DNA of 62,815 nt, filler included, from Octopus bimaculoides (Eukaryota): assembly GCF_001194135.2 (NCBI RefSeq). It is 5 parts of 5 records of this genome, joined end to end, with 100 filler letters (N's around TTAATTAATTAA, not from the genome) between each part and the next. Parts side by side here need not be neighbours in the genome. Positions count along the whole stretch, not along the records: positions 7,135 to 20,742 come from NC_068994.1; positions 20,843 to 25,149 come from NC_068986.1; 3 more parts are not named here. One strand, 5' to 3'. Under the pieces are notes generated by a model. The model saw nothing but the letters and a program-made list of their open reading frames with translations, was not told the DNA's origin and did no database searches. Of this stretch, positions 12,270 to 22,734 are shown piece by piece (within the stretch, counting starts at the first letter, position 1; every line of letters begins with the position of its first letter). Position numbers and translations under genes: made by a program.

Positions 12270-13480
12270 AGGTCCACAAACATCAACATTGGTATAATGA
12301 AAGGGAGATCTGTTGAGATTGTTGAAATGATGGAATGTCGTTATGTCAATATGTGTGGTGTGCAAGAAGCGAGATGGAAAGGATCCTCTGCTAGATTCCC
12401 CATGATTAAGAAACAGAGGTTTAAATTCTTCTGGGTGGGTAGGAGTGATGGAGTGGGTGGTGTAGGCATACTCTCAGCGGGAAAGCAGGTGGATAAGGTA
12501 ACTGAGGTAGTCAGAGTGTGCGATAGTGTTATTAAGTTGGGACTTATCATAGATTAACAATTACATTTATCTCTGCCTATGCTCCACAGGCTGGGTTAGC
12601 TGATGATCTGTAGGACCGATTATATGAGGTTGTTTTGCAAACTACCTCAACAACAAATGACAGAGACTTCGTTATTGTGGCCAGCAACTTGCAGTCTTAG
12701 AAAACAGTCTGATGGGAATATTAGCCAGGTTGATTACCTTCTCACCAGACAAGGAGATAGGTGGATGCTCAAAAATGCAAAATCTTTTTCCAGGTGAAGA
12801 GTGTACTCTCCAACATCGGCTACTAGTTAGTGACTTCAGAATTGGGGCTAGAAAGACTCAAAGACATAAACCACGCTGGAAAAGGAGATTATGGAAGCTT
12901 AAAGACCCAGCAAACCAACAAAAATTTAGAGACATTCTACTGGAGGCTTATGATGATAGAGAGGAGGAGGAGATATACAGCTTAGAGGACACCTGGAAGT
13001 TCCTGTGTGGGACAATTTACTGAGTGCCATTGTGCTAGGCAACCGGTTTCCATAGCAAAAGGAATAGGCGAAGGTAAGAAGTTATGTGTGAGGATCAGAG
13101 GTGTGAGGTGTTCAGGATTGCAAAGCAGTGTATCAGAGAGAATAGAGATGTGGTAAGTTGGAAATGTTCAAATGAATGATGGTATACTTGCATTTAGTGA
13201 CTCAGAGAAGAAAGATGTGTGGAGATGCCATTATGAAAGGTAGTTAAATGTGGAGAATGATTGGGAGAAGGAGATTCTTTCAAATATCGAACCAATTGAG
13301 GGACCAGCCATCAGAGTGGATAGCAGTGGAATAGACAAGGCAGTTAAGAAAATGAAGACAAGGAAAGCCCCTGGACCATCAGGTATTACTGCTGAGATGA
13401 TTAAAATATCAGGTAATGTGGGAAACAGCCTAGTCACTCAGGTTATTCAGGAAGGCATCATCCCCAAAGACTGATGTAGT
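12270..13480 (+). mobile_element. RTE-clade LINE ORF2 remnant (APE endonuclease to RT domain 0/1)
   Basis: GIMKGRSVEIVEMME..CGVQEARWKG..GVGGVGIL; ISAYAPQAG; QVDYLLTR; EECTLQHRLLVSDF; KAVKKMKTRKAPGPSGITAEMIK. Multiple stops and frameshifts. Confidence 0.92.
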
Positions 13481-13482
13481 GG

Positions 13483-13829
13483 TACTTTGAGGGCAGCTAC
13501 TTTGAGGGCAGTTACTTTGAGGGCAGCTACTTTGAGAGCAGCTACTTTGAGGGCAGTTACTTTGAGGGCAGCTACTTTGAGAGCAGCTAATTTGAGGGCA
13601 GCTACTTTGAAACAGTTACTTTGAGGGCAGCTACTTTGAAGACAGTTACTTTGAGGGCAGCTNNNNNNNNNNNNNNNNNNNNNNNNNNNNNNNNNNNNNN
13701 NNNNNNNNNNNNNNNNNNNNNNNNNNNNNNNNNNNNNNNNNNNNNNNNNNNNNNNNNNNNNNNNNNNNNNNNNNNNNNNNNNNNNNNNNNNNNNNNNNNN
13801 NNNNNNNNGGCAGTTACTTTGAGGGCAGC
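13483..13829 (+). repeat. 15-bp minisatellite TACTTTGAGGGCAG(C/T)
   Basis: 12 visible units (one is 14 bp) before the gap 13663-13808, and at least one more after it. Confidence 0.95.
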
Positions 13830-14398
13830 TACAAATTATGCCTAACTAATTTACAAAAAAAAAAAAAAAAAATTGTATTTTATGCATAGTAATCAGAGCA
13901 ACCTTCATAATTTTATTGAATTAGGTGCATATTTTGCCATAAAAGGAAAATGTTGCTATCAATTTATTTTATTATACTGCCTATCTAGGTGGCACATTCC
14001 TGATATACATAATATATATATTATGTAATTATACATATATATATATATATATGCTTGCTCTCCACTTTTAAACATTCCACCTTCAAACTTCTCTGCATCA
14101 TGATCTGAAATGTAAGGTTTTTTTCTACCCTGATGACAGAGGCTTGATTTATCCATTGGTTATTTGATTCCATTACAGACCGCATATTTTGGTGAACTAC
14201 ATCTACTAACATTAAGATGGATCTCTGAGCCCCCAGAAAACAGCTGTTGTACTAATAAACACCATACCACTTTCCCTATAATTTCCTCGGTCATTTGTAC
14301 TCAGAGAAAGTTTGATCTATTAATATATAAATATCTATATATTTATACTTAAATATTTATCATCTGAAAACCTTCAGTCTTTGCTTTCTTTCTGTTTA

Positions 14399-14545
14399 CA
14401 TCATCATCATCATCGTTTAACGTCCGCTTTCCATGCTAGCATGGGTTGGACGATTTGACTGAGGACTGGTGAAACCGGATGGCAACACCAGGCTCCAATC
14501 TAATTTGGCAGAGTTTCTACAGCTGGATGCCCTTCCTAACGCCAA
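14399..14545 (-). mobile_element. Young RTE-type 3' terminal fragment
   Basis: One visible mismatch relative to the 8656-8870 copy over ~140 bp. Confidence 0.8.
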
Positions 14546-14744
14546 CCACTCAGAGAGATACATATTTTGTATATGAAACCCAAGCTATTATATCTAATTT
14601 GTTTATCCACATAGTTGCCTCTATATATACATACCGGTACAGCCCAACATGCTGAGACCCCCTGTTCGGTCATGACTGACCATGGGATTGCACCTAGAAA
14701 GTTACCCTCCGAGGCACAAGTCCGGGCAAGGTTGTNNNNNNNNN

Positions 14745-14895
14745 NGCAACTCATTTCTACAGCTGAGTGAACTGGAGCAACATGAAATAAAGTGTCTTGC
14801 TCAAGAACACAACACGCAGCCCGGTCCGGGATTTGAACTCACAACCTCGCGATCATAAGCTCGACGCTCTAACCACTGAGCCATGCGCCTTCACA
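14745..14895 (-). mobile_element. tRNA-derived SINE head and body (family C)
   Basis: Reverse complement GTGAAGGCGCATGGCTCAGTGGTTAGAGCG..GAGTTCAAATCCCGG has A-box and B-box but no acceptor stem. Confidence 0.8.
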
Positions 14896-15244
14896 CCCCA
14901 ACATACACATGATATAGGACTAATTCTCAGACAGACTCAAAGCAGACCTAGACGAAGGAGAGCATGTTATTGACGAGGTGAATAGCAAAGAAAGGACTTT
15001 GATAAACAACTGATTGATTGCTTAATGAACAGATTAGACAAATGATCAATTAGTTGGTTGATTAGATAACTAACAATAAAGTGAAATTGAACCAGTGCAT
15101 GTGTTCATTATCATTGGTGTGATCACTCTCCCAATATACTATATATATAAAGCTGACTTTGCGTTTCATCCTGTTCGGAGTCAATAAAATAAGTACCAGT
15201 TGACCACTGGGATGGATGTAATCAACTTAATTACCACTAGGTAT

Positions 15245-15540
15245 GCGTTTAAAAAAACTACGTCCCTCTGCTAAGCCAAGTTGAGCCAGTGCGGCAGAGT
15301 AGGGTCATCAAATTATCTCAAGTTCAAATTCATGGCTTCCACATCAGACCATGGTTGGTGGAGAGAACATGCTTGAAGTCCCTGTTTTGCAGTGAACAGA
15401 ACATGGGCAATCCATTCCAATCATTCATACAACTGGCATTTCACATCTGGTTTCTGATCTTCAGGCTGGATAAGAAGTGGGTGCTCCATATCCTATCTGA
15501 TGATTGGGAATGTGAAATTCAAACAACCAGACATGAGATA
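15245..15540 (+). mobile_element. mariner-type transposase remnant
   Basis: RLDKKWVLHILSDD resembles the mariner KLDKWVPHELS (WVPHEL) motif; the remainder is decayed. Confidence 0.45.
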
Positions 15541-16367
15541 TTAATTGTTACATTCATAAATGCCCCCCCCCGCTTGATATTGTGCGTATGTATATATATA
15601 TATATATATATATTTAACTGTTTGAAGCAACTGATTTCTTCTGTTAATATTCCAAACTTGAAGTTCTTGTGAATTCGTTCAAGCGCAAAAGTAATTGACC
15701 AACTGGTTGGAATTCATAAGACGGTCACAAGAGCTAGAAACTCGGTCTAAGGACAAAATGAATCATCACTTTCAAACGAATAAATTCTACATGTGCTAAG
15801 TACTTCTCACAACGCGTATACACATGCATACACAAATATATATACGCTATGTATTTTGTCCTAATAAATTCATAACATATACATTGCACTAAACGTGCTT
15901 CAAATTTTGGATCTATGCATATTTTAATCTTCAACAAATAATCGAAAGACTCATGTTTACAGAAACGCTACGATATATAACATGAACTGGGAAACCAGAT
16001 ATATTTTCATACAAGCTATATCTAAACGTTGTATTTAGAATTTCGTAAACAATAAATAATAAAATACACAAAATAACAGTATAATGTTTTCGTATTTCCT
16101 AAGGCAACGTTAACAATAAGATAATTTTTCGGAGCATTAACCTCTTCTTGAGAACTGAAACCGTTTTTAATATTTATATCGACACTACCTGTCGATCGGT
16201 TTCATCTTTTATCTCTGAAGATGAGGTTAATGACCTCCTCCTTCGATTGGAATCTTTTTAACAAGTCCTATTAGACATTAATATCAGTTTCGCCGTCAAA
16301 CATTCCATTCGACTGTAAGTCTGAATTCTCCAATAGTTTTCTTTATCTTTAGTGAATATTCCCTTAC

Positions 16368-16432
16368 AAAAGAATCACTTTTACGCACGACGCTAAGACA
16401 TTAACGGGTGATATTTTGGACACTAACGCCAT
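16368..16432 (-). CDS. Candidate first coding exon MALVSKISPVNVLASCVKVIL..
   Basis: AGATGGCG start context followed after 65 nt by a GTAAGG donor; lies beside the promoter motif cluster. No matching next exon identified. Confidence 0.25.
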
Positions 16433-16674
16433 CTACATAACTAAATCAATTATTACATTAACATTTTACATTCTTGTTTTGTTTTCTACAACTTCCAAAA
16501 GACAATTTTCAGCTAGATCTAAATTCTTTCGCTCTTAGCCTGACGGGAAACCTTTTACTCTTTAAGCATTTCTTGTTAAATACGATTGATAACATGACGC
16601 AAGAAATGGCGCCCAACTAACTTCCTGTTTAAATTTTCTACCATGACATTTACTGTACTACTTCTGCGCATGCG
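16427..16674. promoter_or_regulatory. Housekeeping-type promoter motif cluster (YY1, ETS, NRF1-like)
   Basis: CGCCATCT 16427-16434, AAATGGCG 16604-16611, ACTTCCTG 16620-16627 and TGCGCATGCG 16665-16674 in unique sequence. Confidence 0.5.
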
Positions 16675-16928
16675 TCTAATATTTATTATATAGTTGTCTT
16701 GTAGAGTATCAACATTGGAGCTAGTTTTATTTCTTAACAAAGCATTTCAAAAAGCTTATATATAAATATGTTTTGCATTATATTAGATACTTGATTTTTT
16801 TTTTATAAACTTTAAAAATATTTTTAATAAGGAAATTACAAATATAAATATATTATTTATTTACAAAATATACACACACATAGTCCAACATTAAAAACTA
16901 CATTATATATATATATCTATAATATAGA

Positions 16929-16962
<34 letters not shown>

Positions 16963-17257
16963 CACAGAAATATATCCATACAATAATACTTCCTTGAATA
17001 TGTCTTACTCTCGTCCACGTGAGATTAGGTATTGTTGACTCTGCCTCTCCCTCTCTCTTTGTGTATGTATGTGTGTGTCTCTCTCTATATATATGTATAT
17101 ATATATATTGTTGCTTGGCTGAAGAGAAGGCAAAATTATTTAATGATAATGGAAATAAGAAAGAAATAGAGAATTTCTGAAAGAAAAGAAATTATTTTTT
17201 TCCGTTCATATTTTTAAACTCTTTCTAACGACATATCAGAAAGAGGTCAGTTAGTAT

Positions 17258-17362
17258 CCGCCATTTTCGGATCTTCCTTCTTCACACGGGTGTATTGTTG
17301 CTGCATGTTTTCATGACAACGTCATTGATTTAGACATTGTATATTGGATTTTATTCTATCAG
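17258..17362 (+). promoter_or_regulatory. Candidate TSS / non-coding first exon
   Basis: CCGCCATTTT (YY1 consensus) at 17258-17267, a pyrimidine-rich leader, then a CAG|GTAAAT donor at 17362/17363. Confidence 0.4.
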
Positions 17363-17940
17363 GTAAATTCTAAAATTATCATATATGTTGTTAAAGTATC
17401 AATTTTTTTGAATGCTGTATTTTTTTCACCCCAAACCGTCCCCGAACTTAGCACCAACCTCCAGTTGTTTACAGATTTATGAAAAAAGAAGCAACAAAAA
17501 CATTCTATTTCCGAGTTTATTTCTGAGTTTATTCATATTTTAACTTCATTCCATAATCGACCCGTCGACATATTACAGTTTACTTCACAAGCATTTAATC
17601 TATTCGGTCGAATATAGTTAAATTCGTTGAATACTTTCGAAAGTCTTTCATTTTCTCGCTGGTGAAACTATGTCGACCCTCCATTTTGTAACCACACTAC
17701 ACATGTCTTAACATATTTATACTGAATATCTCTCCCCCAGGAAAATATATTCACTGTTTTATTGTATCACAGACGTTCTATATTAATTCTTACTCACACA
17801 ATATATTCTTATGATCGTTTTTTCATTTCGTATTATTTTAAAACAATTTTATAGATTTTTGTTTTGCATGGTATCAAATTACTTCGTTAGCTATGATACT
17901 TAAATGCCTCTCAGATATTTGTGTGTGTGTGTGTAATATA

Positions 17941-17990
<50 letters not shown>

Positions 17991-18000
17991 NNNNNNNNNN

Positions 18001-18039
<39 letters not shown>

Positions 18040-18226
18040 TATATTACACACACACACACACATATATAGATATTGTGATATTTTATTTATCTATCTATAC
18101 ACACAATCGCAAATACGTTATCAGATGGCAGCGTGATATTAATTTTTTGTGGGGTTCGATTTTCACTTTCCAGATTTCTAGAATCAACAAAAAGGAAATA
18201 ATGATATATTTATGTGATACACACAG

Positions 18227-18285
<59 letters not shown>

Positions 18286-18725
18286 TGTGCGTGTGTAAAC
18301 ATTTTGTGCGAGTATTTTTGTGTATATGTGTGTTAATATGTTTGTGTTAGAATATGATTTTACATGCGTGTGCGTGTGTATAAATACACCTATATATGTA
18401 TATATGCCTGTGTATATTACTGTATATTCCAAACAAGAGATATTTACAAATAAATGTAAATATTTAGCCAACGATAAGAGCCACGTACTCGATCGCAATG
18501 TCAGCTAAAAATAACAGCTAAGATAGCCTTCAACTCATTACTCTACTGTTTTGGTAAGAATAAATTGAAAGGCTCTTTCATCCTTGATATGCTTAATCAG
18601 AACTGATAGACAAAAGCGATAAGAAACACATACATGCGTGTGTTTAGTGCTAACCCACCAAACTCTTGGTCATTGAGTCACTCTGCTATTTCACTCAAAT
18701 TTTAAATATCTATCTATCTATCTAG

Positions 18726-18763
<38 letters not shown>

Positions 18764-19099
18764 CTCTGTTTGGTGATGCAAACTGGAAAATAGAATTCAA
18801 AACTAGTATATAAATATTTTAAAAATTTGACTGAAGTCGTAGAGTAAACTCAATGGCCAACAGTTTATATATTTATATATATATATATATATGCACACAC
18901 ACACACACACGACTTAGTACTCCGTTCTATATGTTTATGCATGCGTAGATATGTAAAAATAATCCACTATATTGTAATGTGTGTGTGTATATATGTATGT
19001 ATATATATATAATTGACTCTCTCTCTGTCTCTCCCTCTCTCTCTGTATGTATATATATATATATATTCGTGCATACATGTATATCTACTCACAAATATT

Positions 19100-19330
19100 T
19101 GATGGAATCATCATTTTACGCCTGATTTCAATGCAGGCATGGGTTAGACGGATTGTCATGTTCCGAATCTTACTATATTGGAAGCCGCTGCTTTCTCTAG
19201 ACTGTCTGTAGGTGTCATTTAGTTTGGTTTCTACGGCTGGATGCTCTACCTATCACCGACCACTTCACAGATTGTGCTGGATGTTTTTTTGTTTTCTTTG
19301 GTTGCACCAGTATTAGAGAGATTGTCTTGC
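19100..19330 (-). mobile_element. Old diverged RTE-type 3' tail copy
   Basis: ATCATCATTTTACGCCTG..GCATGGGTTAGACG..TTTCTACGGCTGGATGC is homologous to 8656/14399. Confidence 0.6.
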
Positions 19331-19841
19331 TCACCAACCACACTTAGAGAGCAGAAAGGGCTGGGATACGACTCCACCATGGCACCAGCACAGGAGGAGT
19401 CGCTTTGTCCACAGAAAATATATAGAAAGTACTCAGCTTAAGAAATGTAGACTGTAGAAAGGAATTGGGAAGAAAACGATGACAGGAGGAAATCTAGAAA
19501 TAGGTTGAAGAGAAGGGTAAGGACATCAGTGTCGGGTGCTTAATATCCTGAGGCATGTGCATTTGTCTTAAGAGGCTGAAGAAACGAATTGGAAACTAAA
19601 AACGATATCAGAAAGACAGAAATGGGTGGATGAATGTAGCATGGGTATGATGGGAGATTAATTGGGTAGCAGGCTGGAGGGTAATGACTGGTACATGACA
19701 AGATGTGGAGAAAAATAAGGGTCAGTGATGAGACAGTAGCAAAAGTAAGAATGTACAGTCAGTTATTCATATATTCATACAAATAACTCATCTTAGTTTA
19801 TATATGTATATATACACAAAAATAATTGATTATATATATAC

Positions 19842-20190
19842 AGGCATGGCTGTGTGGTAAGAAGCTTGCTTCCAAACCACATGGTTCTGGGTTCATTCCC
19901 ACTGCATGGCACTTTGGGCATATTTTTAACTATAGCCTCAGGCTGACCAAAGCCATGTGAGTGGCTTCTGAAAAAAGCTCATCATATATATATATATATA
20001 TATATATGTATATTTATGTATTTATCTCCATCCCCATCGCTTGATAACCAATGTTTATGTTTACATGCCTGTAACTTAGCGGTTTGGCAAAAGATACCAA
20101 TAGAATGAGTACTAGGCTTACGAAGTGCAAGTCCTGGAGTCAGTTTTTTTTTACTAAAACCCCTTAACATTGTGCTCCACCATGGACAAG
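19842..20190 (+). mobile_element. tRNA-derived SINE (family B) with internal microsatellite
   Basis: GGCATGGCTGTGTGGTAAGAAGCTTGCTTCC..CTGGGTTCATTCCC head; 3' body TAACTTAGCGGTTTGGCAAAAG..GAATGAGTAC. Confidence 0.8.
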
Positions 20191-20195
20191 TAAAA

Positions 20196-20230
<35 letters not shown>

Positions 20231-20384
20231 AATATATATATACATATATATTATATAGCAAATCAAAAATAAGACCAAAAGCAGGAAAAACACTAAAAAT
20301 CAAAAGGACGTACACAATGAATTTATTTAGATTGATTCTCAGAGGAAGTTTAAGATTGGAATAAAAGAAGGGATGTGATGCTTC

Positions 20385-20666
20385 GTGGTACTCATTCTAT
20401 CAGTCCCTTTTGCCAAACCACTAAGTTACAGGGATATAAACACACCAACACTGGTTGTCAAGTAGTGGTGTGGGAATGAACACCTACACAAAGACACACA
20501 CACACACACATATATATACGATGGGTTTCTTTCAGTTTCCATTTTCGAAATCCACTCTCAAGGCTTTGGTTGACCTGAGGCTATAGTAGAAGACACTTGC
20601 CCAAGCCACGCAGTGTGACTGAACCCGGAACCATGTGATTGGGAAGCAAGCTTCTTACCACACAGC

Positions 20667-20670
<4 letters not shown>
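20385..20670 (-). mobile_element. tRNA-derived SINE (family B), inverted relative to the 19842 copy
   Basis: GGTACTCATTCTATC..TTTTGCCAAACCACTAAGTTAC..GAACCCGGAACCATGTG..AAGCAAGCTTCTTACCACACAGCCAC. Confidence 0.8.
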
Positions 20671-20700
<30 letters not shown>

Positions 20701-20742
20701 TATATATATATAAATATGTATATATATATATTTATATGTATA

Positions 20743-20842
20743 NNNNNNNNNNNNNNNNNNNNNNNNNNNNNNNNNNNNNNNNNNNNTTAATTAATTAANN
20801 NNNNNNNNNNNNNNNNNNNNNNNNNNNNNNNNNNNNNNNNNN
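20743..20842. other. Artificial scaffold linker N44-TTAATTAATTAA-N44
   Basis: Same 100-bp construct as 7035-7134. Confidence 0.95.
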
Positions 20843-21177
20843 ATAAAATAGTTGTATGCTGTCAACTTAATGTAACAGTCCCAAGAAGGAAATAATACTA
20901 CTGCTATTTAGCCCTAGGAAGCAGCATCGCTTCCTGTTGGCCTTGACACATTTCCTCTGTCCTTATGTTTACAAGGGGGAGACAAGCACCTCCACCCAGC
21001 TAAACCTGGATCCAGAAACTAGTTTCTGAGTCTTTGCTCGTCACCAGTCTGGAGTAGCATGGCTTGCTAGTTGGAGATGCCTGTGAAGCTCTTGTAAACA
21101 TATAAGAATTCTAGTGAAATACATTCATTGATTTCATGGGACTGTCACATTAAGTTGACAGCATACAACTACTTTAT
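20843..21177. mobile_element. MITE-like element with ~45-bp terminal and shorter subterminal inverted repeats
   Basis: ATAAAATAGTTGTATGCTGTCAACTTAATGTAACAGTCCCA vs reverse complement of ..TGGGACTGTCACATTAAGTTGACAGCATACAACTACTTTAT; inner pair TATGTTTACAAG / CTTGTAAACATA. Confidence 0.8.
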
Positions 21178-21409
21178 CGTATTACTACTGCATAAATTTC
21201 TGAAAGTAACTAGCATGTAAAAAACCGTTTAGGTAAAAACTAATACAAGGTATTTAATTCCATAACCATAATTATAATAAGTGCAACTACTGAGTAGTGA
21301 TACATGATAGAAGTAGACGCCAAATGGCTCTAAAACTACCTTATTTATTACATAGACACAGGCTGAAAGCGAGGGAATGAACAAAAAAGGATTTTTTAAA
21401 AAGGTTTAG

Positions 21410-21459
21410 CCATAGACCGATTTCTGGTTTAAGGATATAATACCTTTTACTATCTTCAG
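21410..21459 (-). ncRNA. Second hammerhead-like motif downstream of the Penelope element (weak)
   Basis: CTGAAGA..AAGG-TATTATAT-CCTT..GAAA TCGG TC; the 5' strand of helix I is hidden in the N gap. Confidence 0.3.
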
Positions 21460-22354
21460 NNNNNNNNNNNNNNNNNNNNNNNNNNNNNNNNNNNNNNNNN
21501 NNNNNNNNNNNNNNNNNNNNNNNNNNNNNNNNNNNNNNNNNNNNNNNNNNNNNNNNNNNNNNNNNNNNNNNNNNNNNNNNNNNNNNNNNNNNNNNNNNNN
21601 NNNNNNNNNNNNNNNNNNNNNNNNNNNNNNNNNNNNNNNNNNNNNNNNNNNNNNNNNNNNNNNNNNNNNNNNNNNNNNNNNNNNNNNNNNNNNNNNNNNN
21701 NNNNNNNNNNNNNNNNNNNNNNNNNNNNNNNNNNNNNNNNNNNNNNNNNNNNNNNNNNNNNNNNNNNNNNNNNNNNNNNNNNNNNNNNNNNNNNNNNNNN
21801 NNNNNNNNNNNNNNNNNNNNNNNNNNNNNNNNNNNNNNNNNNNNNNNNNNNNNNNNNNNNNNNNNNNNNNNNNNNNNNNNNNNNNNNNNNNNNNNNNNNN
21901 NNNNNNNNNNNNNNNNNNNNNNNNNNNNNNNNNNNNNNNNNNNNNNNNNNNNNNNNNNNNNNNNNNNNNNNNNNNNNNNNNNNNNNNNNNNNNNNNNNNN
22001 NNNNNNNNNNNNNNNNNNNNNNNNNNNNNNNNNNNNNNNNNNNNNNNNNNNNNNNNNNNNNNNNNNNNNNNNNNNNNNNNNNNNNNNNNNNNNNNNNNNN
22101 NNNNNNNNNNNNNNNNNNNNNNNNNNNNNNNNNNNNNNNNNNNNNNNNNNNNGTATGTGCATTTTTTCAATGTGCATAAATAACACAGGAAGAAAATAAA
22201 TAGTTTCCAGGGTAGCAAAAATTCACTTAAGTGCCAAAGATATTACAGCCTACTTATAAAGGTAAAAATTCCAGGGTTAAGTGAAATGCTTTTGTATAAC
22301 ATAGATAAATTAAGAAATGGAGTCAAATGCAGGTGTTATTATTCAAATCTTTAT

Positions 22355-22441
22355 ACTGCCGACATATGCTTCGAAGAAAACATTGATATTATTCCGGAGG
22401 GAATAAAGTGATGTAAAACAATGCAATCTTCTCATCAGGGA
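22355..22441 (-). ncRNA. Type-I hammerhead ribozyme-like motif in the Penelope 3' region (A15.1G variant)
   Basis: CC CTGATGA GAAGA..TCTTC GAAG CATATG TC GG: 5-bp helix II with G10.1-C11.1, palindromic CATATG helix III, GUC triplet. Confidence 0.6.
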
Positions 22442-22734
22442 AAAAAGGAGAAAAGAACACATCAGTAAACCATTTTAGCCGAATGTGATTACCGCGTATA
22501 TGATGAAGTGGAAGGCTGGCAATTTATTTTTAAAAAACCGTACATAGATTTAACGTCAAAGGTAATTTAGAGAAAGAAGAGGAGAAAGAAAGAAATAACA
22601 GAATATTAAGAGTGGAGAAATATAGTGTGAAAGAGGAATGGGAGTAAATCTTAAAAGCGTGGAAATAGATATATGTAGTGGAATTTAAATGTAAGAAGAC
22701 AGTTAACGGTCGAATTTTGTAGATTGGTAGAAAT

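Larger units (their letters stand above)
13825..15140. repeat. Copy B of the diverged local duplication (paralog at 8410-9490)
   Basis: Collinear blocks 13835-14000 and 14962-15140 match 8420-8600 and 9348-9490. Confidence 0.75.

Noticed and set aside
16150-16240. Hammerhead-like GAAACCG..CGGTT..CTGAAGA
   Set aside because: Helix II has no closing pair (T opposite T) and helix I does not form.
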